Shown: positions 20,801 through 30,679 of the stretch, in pieces
Position numbering within the stretch: position 1 is the stretch's first letter
Layout: each line of letters begins with the position of its first letter
Assembly: GCF_025370715.1 (NCBI RefSeq)
Contig: NZ_JAMXEY010000002.1
Length of the DNA: 64,000 bases
Direction: 5' to 3' (one strand)
Source: Laspinema olomoucense D3d
GTDB taxonomy: Bacteria; Cyanobacteriota; Cyanobacteriia; Cyanobacteriales; Laspinemataceae
Translations under genes and position numbers: made by a program
The notes under the pieces: generated by a model
What the model saw: only the letters and a program-made list of their open reading frames with translations
The model's database searches: none
Told to the model about the DNA's origin: nothing

Positions 20801-21945
20801 CCTGAGTGACCCAAATAGAGTGTCGGTTGAATAACTGCTTCTAGGATCACCGTTGTCCCATCTTTTTTGATCCCCATCACTTCCGATGCTCCCTCCTGTG
20901 TCCATCGGCAGTCGTCCAACATTAACTCGGCTGTCTCCTCGGTAAAAATATAGGCTAAGGGCCTTCCTACCAGTTCGTCCGGGTCATATCCAAATATCTT
21001 TTCCAAGGAGGGATTTACGGCAATCATGCGATCGCCCTGATAAAATAAAATCCCTTCCACTGTCGATTCAGCGAGGGTTTTAAACCGTTGTTCACTAGCT
21101 CTGAGCGCCGCCTCTGCCTGCTTGCTTTGGGTGATATCCCGGCTAATTTTAGAGAAGCCGTAAAGATTACCTTGGTTATCGTATAAAGGCGTAATTACTT
21201 CATGGACCCAAAAGCGGGTTCCGTCCTTTCGCCGTCGTTCTCCTTCTTGTTCCAACCGTCCCCGTTCTACTGCCTGTTTTAAGTCTCGTTCCGGTTGACC
21301 TTGGGCCACTGCTTCGGGGGGATAAAAGCAGGAAAAATGTTGTCCAATAATTTCCTCGGCTGCATAGCCTTTGAGGTGTTTTGCTCCCAGATTCCAGCTA
21401 TTTACTCGTCCATCGGGCCCAAGCATATAAAGCCCATAATCTTCGATGCCCTCTACCAACAACTGAAACTGTTGTTCGCTTCGCCGAAAAGATTCAAGAT
21501 GTCTTTGAGCGATTCTGGCACTTTGGGCGCACTGTTCTTTCTTTTGTTGCAATGAACCGATGGCGATCGCAATTGCCGAACCTTCCAGCAGAAATAAAAT
21601 TAACCGGAATGTTTGGCCCGGACTGCTTTCTATTTGGGGATAAAGCGGAGATAAAAATAAGTAACTGCTGGCTAATCCAGCCCCCAGGGTGGCCATCAGT
21701 CCCGCTTTCGTACCCCCAAACCAGGCACTAGCCATAATCGCTGCAAAATACACCAAAAATGGGCTTTCCCGTAAGATTAAGGGTGCTAGGGCGCTTTTAA
21801 CCGCCGTGGCGAGGGTGACACTGATGAGGGCAATGCCCAGTGGGTGCAGGAATTGTAGCAATGGCCTTGAATGCTGGTTTCTGGGATAGCAAAGCTGAGG
21901 CAGTTTGCTAAACAGACGCAGGAGGACAGATGGACTGATTTTCAT
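17839..21945 (-). CDS. Giant hybrid sensor kinase: DUF4118-like membrane N-terminus - multiple PAS/PAC - GAF - HisKA - HATPase_c - REC
   Basis: 1368 aa. N-terminus YFAAIMASAWFGGTKAGLMATLGAGLASSYLFLSP resembles DUF4118. At least four PAS/PAC blocks. GAF region. H-box FLAIVSHELRTPLNSILGWAQLL. G-box GGLGLGLTIVRYLVELHGG. C-terminal receiver LQVLVVDDDRDTG. The C-terminal module is paralogous to the second half of the preceding kinase. Confidence 0.85.
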   Translation of the reverse strand: MKISPSVLLRLFSKLPQLCYPRNQHSRPLLQFLHPLGIALISVTLATAVKSALAPLILRESPFLVYFAAIMASAWFGGTKAGLMATLGAGLASSYLFLSPLYPQIESSPGQTFRLILFLLEGSAIAIAIGSLQQKKEQCAQSARIAQRHLESFRRSEQQFQLLVEGIEDYGLYMLGPDGRVNSWNLGAKHLKGYAAEEIIGQHFSCFYPPEAVAQGQPERDLKQAVERGRLEQEGERRRKDGTRFWVHEVITPLYDNQGNLYGFSKISRDITQSKQAEAALRASEQRFKTLAESTVEGILFYQGDRMIAVNPSLEKIFGYDPDELVGRPLAYIFTEETAELMLDDCRWTQEGASEVMGIKKDGTTVILEAVIQPTLYLGHSGWMASVRDISDRKRAEADLQQTLKELSDFQFALDKSAIVVTTDAKGTIQYVNEKFLEISKYSQTELIGQNHRLVNSNYHSKEFFFNLWRTIARGEVWRGEIKNRAKDGTYYWVDTVIVPFLDSHGKPFQYLAIRYDITQRKQAEEALRDSEKRFRDMADTAPVLLWVADCQGQWTFLNKWGLNFIGALLEADPGLNHRDRIHPEEQVQCVLSYQQAVKASQPFTQEYRLQRADGAYRWMLETGVPRLSPEGNLLGFIGSAIDITPLKEAEAERIQLLQLEQAARTQAEASEQYYRFLSEAIPQMVWTALPDGTLDYLSHRWSEYTGLSPTELLGWGWEPIVHPDDLAECRDKWTVCLENGQPYEIEARMRRGCDGAYRWHLGLAVPMRDSQGEIVKWFGTNTDIHERKQAQQERMELLEREKAARILSERATTMVHRLQAIVDVAIAPLSLHDLLEELLDRLTAVLQVDAAVILLVNEEGTALIVTATKGLDLDEPLSTSIPIPMGLGFAGKIAQTRQPMRIERDAHTQVISPLFRHKKIESIMGAPMLLQDRVLGVIHISTESPREFMAEDVYLLQLVADRVALAIDRANLYEAQEQARDRAEKANRLKDEFLAIVSHELRTPLNSILGWAQLLRSRTLKEETQQKALETIERNAKHQVNLIDDILDVSRIVRGKIRLTRVPLYLETLVEQAIATLTPAAEAKSIEIHTQFNSNGQPILGDSSRLHQVVWNLLSNAVKFTPNGGRVTVAIERVGDYMEFRVQDTGMGISPDFLPHVFEGFRQANSSSTRTHGGLGLGLTIVRYLVELHGGTVHAFSQGEDTGSTFTVALPIGVSQNLLLDPDSLTWDKKTMGNHSFNLAGLQVLVVDDDRDTGELIAQVLAEYGVQTTVVLSAAEALAATERSRHDILISDIGMPDEDGYGLIRKIRQREAGYSKPIPAIALTAFAREEDRQQALLAGFHLHVAKPVEPLKLATALAEIAQQTGLI

Positions 21946-22305
21946 TATGATTCAGAGGAGTCTGGATCTTGGGGATGGCACTTTCAAGGCGGGAACAGGA
22001 GAACGTTAAGAAACCACTTCATCATAAAGAGAGGTGCTTTTTTCCTTTTTTTGTGCTAAGCCCAGGTTCCGATTTAACCTCAGCCTCTTTTTCGTTCTAT
22101 TCCTACCATTTTAGAATTTGGACTTGATTTCTGGGGAAAAAACCGATAAAACCCACTTAACCCGGATTTTTCAAGTAAATATACTTAGTTTGACTCTTTC
22201 TATTTTCTCCTTTAATTGCTGTGAAGTCAACTCCAATTGCTACCCGGTCAACTGTAATTACATTAGAATTTCGTCGAGTAGGCATTAGTAAATCCCAAGA
22301 GTGGA

Positions 22306-23625
22306 ATGGCGATGGATGAAATTTTAACGGCCCAATCCTTACCTCGGAGGCCCCATCTGGTCACCCCCTTACCGGGACCCCGCGCCCAAGAACTGGTCCA
22401 GCGCGATCGCGCCGTCACCTCTCCCTCCTATACCCGGGGATACCCCCTAGTCGTAGCCCGAGGAGAGGGCTGCTCGATCCAGGATGTGGATGGCAATGTC
22501 TTCCTTGACTTTACCGCAGGCATCGCCGTAACCGCCACAGGACACGCTCATCCCCAGGTGGTGCAAGCCATTCAAGCTCAGGCAGCCCAGTTGCTACATA
22601 TGTCGGGGACCGATTTTTACTATGAACCAATGGTGGAACTGGCGGAACAGTTGGTAAAACTTGCCCCATTTCCCGCCGGTGCCAAGGTCTTTTTCAGCAA
22701 TTCCGGGGCGGAATCCAACGAAGGGGCGCTCAAATTAGCCCGCTATGCTACGGGTAAGTCTCAGATTGTGGCTTTTCTGGGGGCTTTCCACGGGCGCACC
22801 TTCGGCGCGATGTCCCTCACGGGTTCAAAGGCGGTGCAACGTCAAGGATTTGGGCCATTATTACCCGGAATCACCCATATTCCCTACGGCACTCATGCCA
22901 GCTTAGATTACCTGGAGTTTCAACTGTTTAAGACGGTGTTACCCCCGGAGGAACTGGCGGCGATCATAGTTGAACCGATTCAAGGGGAGGGGGGATATTT
23001 GGTTCCAGAAGATGGATTCCTCGCCCGAATTCGCGAGATTTGCAGCCGCCATCACTGTTTGATGGTGGTGGATGAAGTACAATCGGGCATGGGTCGCACG
23101 GGCAAGTTGTTCGCGGTGGAACATTGGAATGTTATGCCCGATATCATTACCCTGGCGAAAGGGATTGCCAGTGGATTACCCCTGGGGGCAATTCTCGCTC
23201 GTCCGGAATTGATGACCTGGCCCCCGGGTTCTCACGCTACTACCTTTGGCGGGAATCCGGTTGCTTGTGCCGCAGCTAATGCGACGTTACAGGTCCTCAC
23301 GCAAGGGGCGATCGCCAATGCCACTCAGATGGGGGAGTTATTACAGGAGGGGTTGAGGAAATTAGCCATACCCTATCCCCAACTCTCACAACCGCGAGGG
23401 AAGGGGTTAATGGTGGCGGTGGATTTACTGGATAAATCCGGTGGTTTTGACCCGTCCTTACGCGATCGCGCGATCGATGAGGCATTCTATCACGGACTTT
23501 TACTGCTGGGTTGTGGCAAATCTGCGATCCGCTTTTGTCCCCCTTTGGTGGTTGATGCTGAACAAATTCAGGTGGCGTTAGAGATTCTCGATGCCTGTTT
23601 CGCCAAACTGTTTGCCACACTCTAA
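22306..23625 (+). CDS. Class-III PLP-dependent aminotransferase (acetylornithine/GABA/omega-amino acid aminotransferase family)
   Basis: 439 aa. Motifs [44 protein letters not shown] (Schiff-base Lys context) are diagnostic of aminotran_3. Confidence 0.85.
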   Translation: MAMDEILTAQSLPRRPHLVTPLPGPRAQELVQRDRAVTSPSYTRGYPLVVARGEGCSIQDVDGNVFLDFTAGIAVTATGHAHPQVVQAIQAQAAQLLHMSGTDFYYEPMVELAEQLVKLAPFPAGAKVFFSNSGAESNEGALKLARYATGKSQIVAFLGAFHGRTFGAMSLTGSKAVQRQGFGPLLPGITHIPYGTHASLDYLEFQLFKTVLPPEELAAIIVEPIQGEGGYLVPEDGFLARIREICSRHHCLMVVDEVQSGMGRTGKLFAVEHWNVMPDIITLAKGIASGLPLGAILARPELMTWPPGSHATTFGGNPVACAAANATLQVLTQGAIANATQMGELLQEGLRKLAIPYPQLSQPRGKGLMVAVDLLDKSGGFDPSLRDRAIDEAFYHGLLLLGCGKSAIRFCPPLVVDAEQIQVALEILDACFAKLFATL

Positions 23626-23778
23626 CGCCTTGGGGTTGCTGCATAGGGTTACAGGGACAAGAAACAGGGTTTCTTAACCACAATGTTGGGGATTACTGAG
23701 ATCTTGCACCCGTTGCAACAACCGGCGGGGGTTTAAACGATTGGCGGTGTTTATCTCACAATTCCTGGAGGGATTCCG

Positions 23779-24741
23779 ATGAAACAAGCATTAGTCGCCC
23801 AAGCGCTATGGCATCAACTCTGGCTAGACTACAGTCACCGTGTTCCCTACGCCCGAATTTATGAGGGGGTCATCTCGGAAGCGGGGGGAACTGTTGCGAA
23901 TGATCATATCGCCTTTCGGTCCCTGGCCCTCTCTATTGAAACGGCGATCGGAACGGTAAATTTAGGCATTCGTCACCTGGAACAGGTTCTCGATGGGTTG
24001 GGTTATGTGCAAATGGGACAGTTAGCTTTTCCTACCCAACACCTCTATGCGCGTCACTATCGCCATCCACAACAGGACGAGTTTGATTTGCCGAAACTGT
24101 TTATCAGTGAGTTAATTGTGGATCAGTTGCCGCCGGAGGTGCGATCGCATCTGGAAGAGACGGTACAGTGGGGTTTAGATATAGAGGGACTATTAGAGTG
24201 CCAGTCTGCTATTACAGACTTAAGGGCGATCGATTCTCACCCCACAGAACCTCACATTTTGGCCCAGCGACTCAAATGTCTGTTTGTTCGTCCCTGGATG
24301 CCTCCGTTGCGATCGCACCTGGAAACAGTCAATGCCGTGAGTCAGTATGGGGCCTGGGTCTTGCTGCATGGCTATGCCGTCAACCATTTTACCGGCTATG
24401 TGAACCGCCAAAATACCCCCGCCTACCCAGATATCGAAACCACTGCGCAAGCACTTCGCAATCGAGGGGTTCCCATGAAAGCTGAGATTGAAGGAAGTGC
24501 TCAAGTCGGGTTACGTCAAACTGCAACCCAGGCGATACAGGAATCTGTCACTATCCGCAGTCGGCCCGAGGGTCCTTTTGTGCAAATTCCTTGGACTTAT
24601 GCCTATTATGAAATTGCCCAACGATTTGCGATCGCACCCACCCCGGGACATCCTGAACTCTTTCAAGGGTTCCTAGGCCCCAACGCCGCCCAACTCTTTG
24701 AAATGACCCGTTCCCAGGGAACCATCACCCCTCGGGGGTAG
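23779..24741 (+). CDS. DUF1338 (YdcJ/HglS-like, VOC-superfamily) protein; possible 2-oxoadipate dioxygenase/decarboxylase
   Basis: 320 aa. Pattern W..LW.DY...VPYARIY....NDHIAFRS ... second His-containing block ... FISELIVDQL recalled as characteristic of DUF1338. Assignment from memory of the family, not a search. Confidence 0.5.
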   Translation: MKQALVAQALWHQLWLDYSHRVPYARIYEGVISEAGGTVANDHIAFRSLALSIETAIGTVNLGIRHLEQVLDGLGYVQMGQLAFPTQHLYARHYRHPQQDEFDLPKLFISELIVDQLPPEVRSHLEETVQWGLDIEGLLECQSAITDLRAIDSHPTEPHILAQRLKCLFVRPWMPPLRSHLETVNAVSQYGAWVLLHGYAVNHFTGYVNRQNTPAYPDIETTAQALRNRGVPMKAEIEGSAQVGLRQTATQAIQESVTIRSRPEGPFVQIPWTYAYYEIAQRFAIAPTPGHPELFQGFLGPNAAQLFEMTRSQGTITPRG

Positions 24742-25241
24742 CTTTGTAAAATTTTTGCATAAATTCGGTTAACGGTAACTTTCAATACAGTTTTGCCCTG
24801 TGGCTTTTGCTAAAAATTATTAAATAGAAAGCATTACAGAACTAAAAACTGTTGCTAACGGTAAAGGAGAGAACTTAATCCTTGATTGGATTCTGATTTG
24901 AATTGACGAATTTAAACCTGGATTCAAAAGAATTGAGTCAACCTCGGAGTGGTTCTGTTTCTAAGTTTCACGTTCAATGCTTAGAAACAGTTGTTGGTTA
25001 CACGGCGGGATAAAAGCCCGAAAGATAATAGCAGGTTTCCTGTTACTATCTTTCGGGCTATTTGTTTCGCTATTCTCCTTGTTTGTAGTAACCACTTTAT
25101 ACGGAATCCGGTTTTTAAAGGTCTGCAAAAACCCGCAGGCTGAAGCCTGGGGCTATACGGACAAAGCCCGCCTGCGCGGGCTCAAGAAAAAACGACTTTT
25201 GACAACCGGATTTGGTAGAATGGGTAAGTCCTACCATTTGT

Positions 25242-26975
25242 TTAAAATAGAAAATATCGCTGGGCCAAGGGCAACACTTGGGCGGGTTCACAGGTGAGTA
25301 ATTGACCATCCGCCCAAACTTGATAGGTTTCTGGATCGACTTCAATATAGGGCAGGGTCTCATTTAATTTCATATCCCGTTTCCCGATTTTCCGCGTGTC
25401 CGAAACGGCGATCGCCTGTTTTCGCAATCCTAACTGAGTTGGTATTTCTAACTCCAATGCCGCTTGGGAGACAAAGGTAAAAGATGTCGCCGTCCGCGAC
25501 CCTCCAAAACTGGCAAACATGGGCTGAGAATGGATGGGTTGCGGAGTAGGAATACTGGCATTAGCATCTCCCATTTGGGCGTAGGCGATCGCCCCGCCTT
25601 TGAGGACGAGTTCCGGTTTCACCCCAAAAAATGCCGGACGCCATAAACATAAATCCGCCAGTTTGCCTTCTTCAATCGACCCCACATAATTAGCAATCCC
25701 GTGGGTAATTGCGGGATTAATTGTATATTTAGCAATATAACGCCGCGCCCGGAAATTATCATGTTCTGTGGTACTGGGAATCGCATCTTTCCGGTCATCC
25801 GGAGACAAAAACCCCCGTTGTACCTTCATTTTATGGGCGGTTTGCCAAGTGCGAATGATGGTTTCTCCCACCCGTCCCATTGCCTGAGAATCAGAGGAAA
25901 TCATACTAAACGCCCCGAGGTCATGTAAAATATCCTCGGCAGCAATGGTTTCCCGGCGGATGCGGGATTCTGCAAAAGCGACATCTTCTGGGATACTGCG
26001 ATCGAGGTGATGGCACACCATCAGCATATCCAGATGTTCTTCTAACGTATTGACTGTATAAGGTCGGGTCGGATTGGTGGAAGAGGGCAGCACATTTTTT
26101 TGTCCGCAAACCTTGATAATATCCGGGGCGTGTCCTCCGCCCGCCCCTTCCGTATGGTAAGTATGAATAGTGCGGTCTTTAAAGGCGGCGATGGTTTGTT
26201 CTACAAATCCAGCTTCATTGAGAGTATCGGTATGGATAGCAACTTGCACATCATATTCATCAGCAACGGTTAGGCAAGTATCGATCGCCGCTGGAGTTGT
26301 TCCCCAGTCTTCGTGCAATTTTAATCCGATTGCGCCCGCGAGAACCTGTTCCACGAGGGCGCGGGGTCTGCTGCTGTTGCCTTTTCCCAGAAACCCCAAA
26401 TTCACCGGGAAGGCATCGGCAGCTTGTAACATCCGGTGAATGTTCCAAGGTCCGGGGGTACAAGTGGTAGCATTTGTCCCGGTAGCGGGTCCGGTTCCCC
26501 CGCCTAACATGGTGGTAATTCCCGAGGCGATCGCCACCTCAATTTGTTGGGGACAAATAAAGTGAATATGGGCGTCAATTCCCCCGGCTGTGAGAATCAT
26601 CCCCTCCCCGGCGATCGCCTCGGTTCCTGGACCAATAATAATATCAACATCATCTTGGATATAAGGATTTCCGGCCTTTCCAATTTTAAATATTTTGCCA
26701 TCCCTGATTCCTACATCGGCTTTCACGACTCCCCACCAATCGAGAATCACCGCATTGGTAATTACTAAATCTACCGCCCCGCTATCATTAGCAATGGGGG
26801 ATTGTCCCATGCCATCGCGGATGACTTTTCCCCCGCCAAATTTCACTTCATCGCCGTAGGTGGTAAAGTCTTGTTCAACTTCAATAAATAATTCTGTATC
26901 TGCTAACCGGATGCGATCGCCCACCGTTGGGCCGTAGGTTTCCGCATAAGCGCGGCGGTCCATTTTATAACTCAT
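25242..26975 (-). CDS. ureC: Urease alpha subunit
   Basis: 577 aa starting [27 protein letters not shown], with nickel-centre His clusters ([35 protein letters not shown], carbamylated-Lys region) exactly as in UreC. Confidence 0.95.
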   Translation of the reverse strand: MSYKMDRRAYAETYGPTVGDRIRLADTELFIEVEQDFTTYGDEVKFGGGKVIRDGMGQSPIANDSGAVDLVITNAVILDWWGVVKADVGIRDGKIFKIGKAGNPYIQDDVDIIIGPGTEAIAGEGMILTAGGIDAHIHFICPQQIEVAIASGITTMLGGGTGPATGTNATTCTPGPWNIHRMLQAADAFPVNLGFLGKGNSSRPRALVEQVLAGAIGLKLHEDWGTTPAAIDTCLTVADEYDVQVAIHTDTLNEAGFVEQTIAAFKDRTIHTYHTEGAGGGHAPDIIKVCGQKNVLPSSTNPTRPYTVNTLEEHLDMLMVCHHLDRSIPEDVAFAESRIRRETIAAEDILHDLGAFSMISSDSQAMGRVGETIIRTWQTAHKMKVQRGFLSPDDRKDAIPSTTEHDNFRARRYIAKYTINPAITHGIANYVGSIEEGKLADLCLWRPAFFGVKPELVLKGGAIAYAQMGDANASIPTPQPIHSQPMFASFGGSRTATSFTFVSQAALELEIPTQLGLRKQAIAVSDTRKIGKRDMKLNETLPYIEVDPETYQVWADGQLLTCEPAQVLPLAQRYFLF

Positions 26976-27235
26976 TGATGTTCCCTCACTCCATTCTCGC
27001 CCATCATTTCAGGGTTCCAATTAGTTTATCCCATTTAAGGGAGAATTAAACAGGCATTAGTACGCTTGATAACAGCCTGGAGTAAAACAGGGGAATAAAG
27101 CTACCCAAATTCCCAGGAATCGATGACATCAACCGGGCGATCGAGACGCAGATTTCAGAGTAAACACCCCACACCCTTGAGGGTGGGGGTGTGGGTCAAC
27201 CTCCGAAAATCCGATGGGTATCCGTCCTAATCGGG

Positions 27236-29260
27236 TTAATTCCAGTTCCCAATTAGAGTAAACGCCGACCAAAAATAAGGGTGAGATAGGTTCGGCGTTT
27301 TTTGTTCTACCAATTCCGGTGGGAGGGGGACGGTTTTGCCATTAGAGAGAACTAACATCCCATTTTCTAGGCGCACCTCTCCCCTTAACAGCGCCAGTTG
27401 GGTTTGCCGTAAAGCTTCGGCTTTCAGTGGTTTTTCCCCTAATTGGGAATAAAATTCACTCATTAATCCCAGAGTGCCTGCATCGCTAACATACCAGAAA
27501 CTGGCTAAGGATGCCTTAGCCCCAGAAAGCACCGCTAACCCCGCAAATCCTAACTCCGCCTCGGTATCTCCTACTGCCGTCCGACAAGCACTTAGGGTTA
27601 AGAGTTCAATGGGAGGATTTTGCGAGGTATTCCACCCGAGTTCCGTGGCTAACTCTCGAATTCGGTTGAGTCCGACTCGGCCATCGTAAAACGTGATATA
27701 AGAGTTATCCAAATTTCCCCCTTGAAATTCCGCATGAGTTGCCAAATGGATAATTCCAAATTGTTTTTCCTGGTTAATTTGTCGGAAATTAGCGGCAGTG
27801 AATTGTTCATTCAAAAAAACAATTCCCTTCCAGGGTTCGCTCACAATATTTTGCAACTCACTAGGTACCGCAGGCAGAGGATTGAGGTTTTCAAAAATAG
27901 CAGAACCCATCGCTAACACTTCTCGGTTGCGGATATCGGAATAGGTGACATCAGTTAAGCCAAAACTGGGGACTAAAGCAACGGCATATTTTTCTATTAA
28001 AAACTGTTCGCCATCATGTAATGCCGCCAGGGGAAGGGTTCTCAACCCAGAATCCATCGAAAAAACTAAGGTTTCAATCCCATTAGCTTTCAATTGTGCT
28101 TCCATTGGAGCAATCAAGGACTGATAGAGTTGTTGGGCGATCGGTAAGTAACTCTGACTGTTTATTCTTCTGGGATTAGTCAGTTCTGCTCGCAAGTTTT
28201 GCACCTGTGCAATCAGCTCTTCCCGAGAGATATTTGGCACGGTTTGGCGAACAGCTACCTCACTCGTTCTCTCAATCAGTCCTTGGGCTAAATCCGCCGA
28301 AGCCACTAAGTCTGAACTGCCCCCGGCTACTCTAAAATTCTGGGGGAAAATCATCACCAGTTCTAATTGCTCTGCTAAGGCTGAGACATAAATAAATGCA
28401 CTCTTATTGTCAGTTTCTTGCCACAAATCATACAATTTTTGGGCAATTTCATCGGGAGTCGCCGTTTCCCCCAATAACTCCACCGCTAGATAATTGCTAA
28501 ACTCCATTGCCTGAAATTCTTCCAACATTTGAACCGCCACCCCAACATCAGCAACGGCTAACTGAGTTTCATAACCCGGGCGATCGACTTCTTGGTCCGA
28601 TAGGGGAGTCATGGGTTGTGCCTCTTCCGTTGTGCTATCACCCCCTTCGAGAATCTGACCCTCTATCGGATTGGTACTTTCTGTGGTGGGGTCCGGTTCT
28701 GGATTATTCTCACCCACCGTTGGAGGAACTTCCTCCTCACGGGGAACCTGGGGATTCTCCGGGATGACAACCGGGGCGCTGGGTTCGGGCGCTTGAGTGT
28801 TAATTGGTTCAAGGGTTTGAATGGGAATCGGTGCTGGCACTTCCCCTGGGCTGTTAACAGGGATTACTGGGCTATCCCCAGGTGTTTCTGTGGGAGTCTC
28901 TGTGGGAGTTTCTGTGGGAGTTTCTGTGGGAGTTTCTGTGGGAGTCTCTGTGGGAGTTTCTGTGGGAGTTTCTGTGGGAGTTTCTGTGGGAGTTTCTGTG
29001 GGAGTTTCTGTGGGAGTTTCTAAAGGGAGTATATCTCCGCTTGGTATAATTGCAGGAGGCTCTTCCACTGGCGGTTCTTCCACAGGAGGCTCTTCTACAG
29101 GGGGTTCTTCTACAGGGGGTTCTTCTACAGGTAATACCGGCTCTGGAGTGAGGGGTCCTGTGATATCCGACTGGTTTGTCTGGGTGATGGCAGGATCAGC
29201 AGCGATCGCCACCAATGTCATAGCCAAAACTAATTTCATCCATCCCTTAAACAATTTCAT
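27236..29260 (-). CDS. Secreted CHAT-domain (caspase-like) protein with signal peptide and Pro/Glu/Thr repeat linkers
   Basis: 674 aa. Signal peptide MKLFKGWMKLVLAMTLVAIAA. Linkers (PVEEP)x5 and (TPTE)x12. C-terminal CHAT signature (HLATHAEF...LLTLSACRTAVG...). Confidence 0.8.
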   Translation of the reverse strand: MKLFKGWMKLVLAMTLVAIAADPAITQTNQSDITGPLTPEPVLPVEEPPVEEPPVEEPPVEEPPVEEPPAIIPSGDILPLETPTETPTETPTETPTETPTETPTETPTETPTETPTETPTETPTETPGDSPVIPVNSPGEVPAPIPIQTLEPINTQAPEPSAPVVIPENPQVPREEEVPPTVGENNPEPDPTTESTNPIEGQILEGGDSTTEEAQPMTPLSDQEVDRPGYETQLAVADVGVAVQMLEEFQAMEFSNYLAVELLGETATPDEIAQKLYDLWQETDNKSAFIYVSALAEQLELVMIFPQNFRVAGGSSDLVASADLAQGLIERTSEVAVRQTVPNISREELIAQVQNLRAELTNPRRINSQSYLPIAQQLYQSLIAPMEAQLKANGIETLVFSMDSGLRTLPLAALHDGEQFLIEKYAVALVPSFGLTDVTYSDIRNREVLAMGSAIFENLNPLPAVPSELQNIVSEPWKGIVFLNEQFTAANFRQINQEKQFGIIHLATHAEFQGGNLDNSYITFYDGRVGLNRIRELATELGWNTSQNPPIELLTLSACRTAVGDTEAELGFAGLAVLSGAKASLASFWYVSDAGTLGLMSEFYSQLGEKPLKAEALRQTQLALLRGEVRLENGMLVLSNGKTVPLPPELVEQKTPNLSHPYFWSAFTLIGNWN
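28885..29028. repeat. Tandem 12-nt repeats (tgggagtttctg / tgggagtctctg, about 12 copies) encoding (TPTE)n on the minus strand
   Basis: Directly visible periodicity. Produces artefactual plus-strand ORFs (CGSF)n. Confidence 0.85.
29055..29130. repeat. Tandem 15-nt repeats (ggttcttctacaggg-type, about 5 copies) encoding (PVEEP)n on the minus strand
   Basis: Directly visible periodicity adjacent to the 12-nt array. Confidence 0.75.
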
Positions 29261-29290
29261 TGTGAGAATCCTTCTCTAAATAAGCCTGTA

Positions 29291-30349
29291 CTACAACCGA
29301 TCAAATGTAAACCCATAACCAATCCCCAGAATAAACCGAGTGCCATCTCCAGCACTTCCGGTGATGTCCGTAATCGCGGGAGAAATCACCAAAGGAATAT
29401 TCCGAAACGGCACCAGGGAAACCCCCAAAGTGAGGTCCTGACCCGTCCATTCGGCGATCGCACTCACGGGAGGTGCAACCCTTACTGCCACTGAGCCAAA
29501 CAGCCCTACAGTCCCCTCTCCCGCCTGGATATCCGACTCAGAGCGGTATTGTCCACCCCCGACCCCCAGGGTCAGATACAATTGGCTCCAAAGGTTCTCG
29601 GGGTCATCCAAAACAAACCGTTTCGTCACCACGCCATACCCAGAGGTCCCGCCATCGGTTTCTCCCCAAGTGAGCGCTCCTTGTACCCCTGCCGCAATGC
29701 CAAAATCATTGGGCAATTGTCGGTGCAATTTTAAGCTGACACTGCCATCCTCGAAGGCATCACCCCATAAATCCGTTACCGTTATACCAACAGTTAAGCC
29801 AATATTTTCCCGAGGATTTCCAAACCCGATGCCGAATCCACCAACCCCATCGCTAGTATCCGTAAACCGAGTTCGTTCCTGTAAACCTAGTCCAAATCCC
29901 GCACTTCCCCAACCCGCACCATAACCGGAGGGAGTCATCACCGTAATCGCCGGAGAAGCCAAATAGGGTTTGCTTTGAGTGGTAAGATCCATGCGAGGAC
30001 GAAACGGGATGCGTTCGGGAATGAAGGGTTGTTCCCCCGGGGTCCCCCGATGTAAGGGAGTCCCTTGGCGGGGGGTCGTTCCCTCCGGTGTTGTGGAGGG
30101 TTCCCCTTGGGCGATCTCACCTTGGGGGTGAACCGTCCCCTCCCCGGCATCCGGTTTAGGAAAAAGGACCTCAGTGCGATCGCCCGGAAGGGGTTGGAAA
30201 AATAAAGGCTCCAGATTAGCAGCATTAGCAGCAAATTCCAGCTTTTCCCCGAACCCTTCTGCTTGCCAGGGTTCTACCTCGCCCGCTTGGGCGACATCAG
30301 GGGGGAATAAAATCCCGAGGAGCAGTAATTCAACGATCATACATTTCAT
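29291..30349 (-). CDS. Secreted Gly/Thr-rich putative outer-membrane beta-barrel protein with Pro-rich N-terminal linker
   Basis: 352 aa. Signal peptide MKCMIVELLLLGILFPPDVAQA. Alternating hydrophobic/Gly pattern typical of beta-strands. Family not recognised. Confidence 0.5.
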   Translation of the reverse strand: MKCMIVELLLLGILFPPDVAQAGEVEPWQAEGFGEKLEFAANAANLEPLFFQPLPGDRTEVLFPKPDAGEGTVHPQGEIAQGEPSTTPEGTTPRQGTPLHRGTPGEQPFIPERIPFRPRMDLTTQSKPYLASPAITVMTPSGYGAGWGSAGFGLGLQERTRFTDTSDGVGGFGIGFGNPRENIGLTVGITVTDLWGDAFEDGSVSLKLHRQLPNDFGIAAGVQGALTWGETDGGTSGYGVVTKRFVLDDPENLWSQLYLTLGVGGGQYRSESDIQAGEGTVGLFGSVAVRVAPPVSAIAEWTGQDLTLGVSLVPFRNIPLVISPAITDITGSAGDGTRFILGIGYGFTFDRL

Positions 30350-30679
30350 TAGTGGCGAGGCTAAACAATAAATACCCCTGGGAGGATTGTACCCTTTCTG
30401 CTCCGCAAAATCACATTTTCCTTTCCCCCCAGGGAGAACTATGACCTTTCAACTTTATCGATGGCAATCACTCTAGTCGAAAATACTTACCGCTGTTTTC
30501 TCACCTCAGTTTTAAGCGTAACAGCGATCGTAGCACTCCGCAGTCAAGCGATCGCCGTCATCCATTGGCGGTGTTTTATCACCTAAAGAACGGGCGATCC
30601 AAATCACCCCATCCTGGCAATCCTTGTTTATAGTAGAACTATCCTATTACCTATTCTCTCTGGAGAGAATATTTAAAAC

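Noticed and set aside
22200-22300. NtcA-type GTA-N8-TAC site upstream of the aminotransferase
   Set aside because: Only imperfect matches (GTC-N9-TAC, GTAATTAC) were found, with no properly spaced -10 element convincingly aligned.
28616-29279. Plus-strand ORFs encoding (CGSF)n and (VGVS)n / (GGSSTG)n repeats
   Set aside because: They are the antisense reading of the 12-nt and 15-nt tandem repeats inside the minus-strand CHAT gene. They are artefacts of repeat periodicity, not genes.
29291-30349. The 352-aa beta-barrel-like protein as the missing TpsB transporter
   Set aside because: It is too short and lacks POTRA domains. TpsB proteins are about 550 aa with two POTRA repeats plus a 16-strand barrel.
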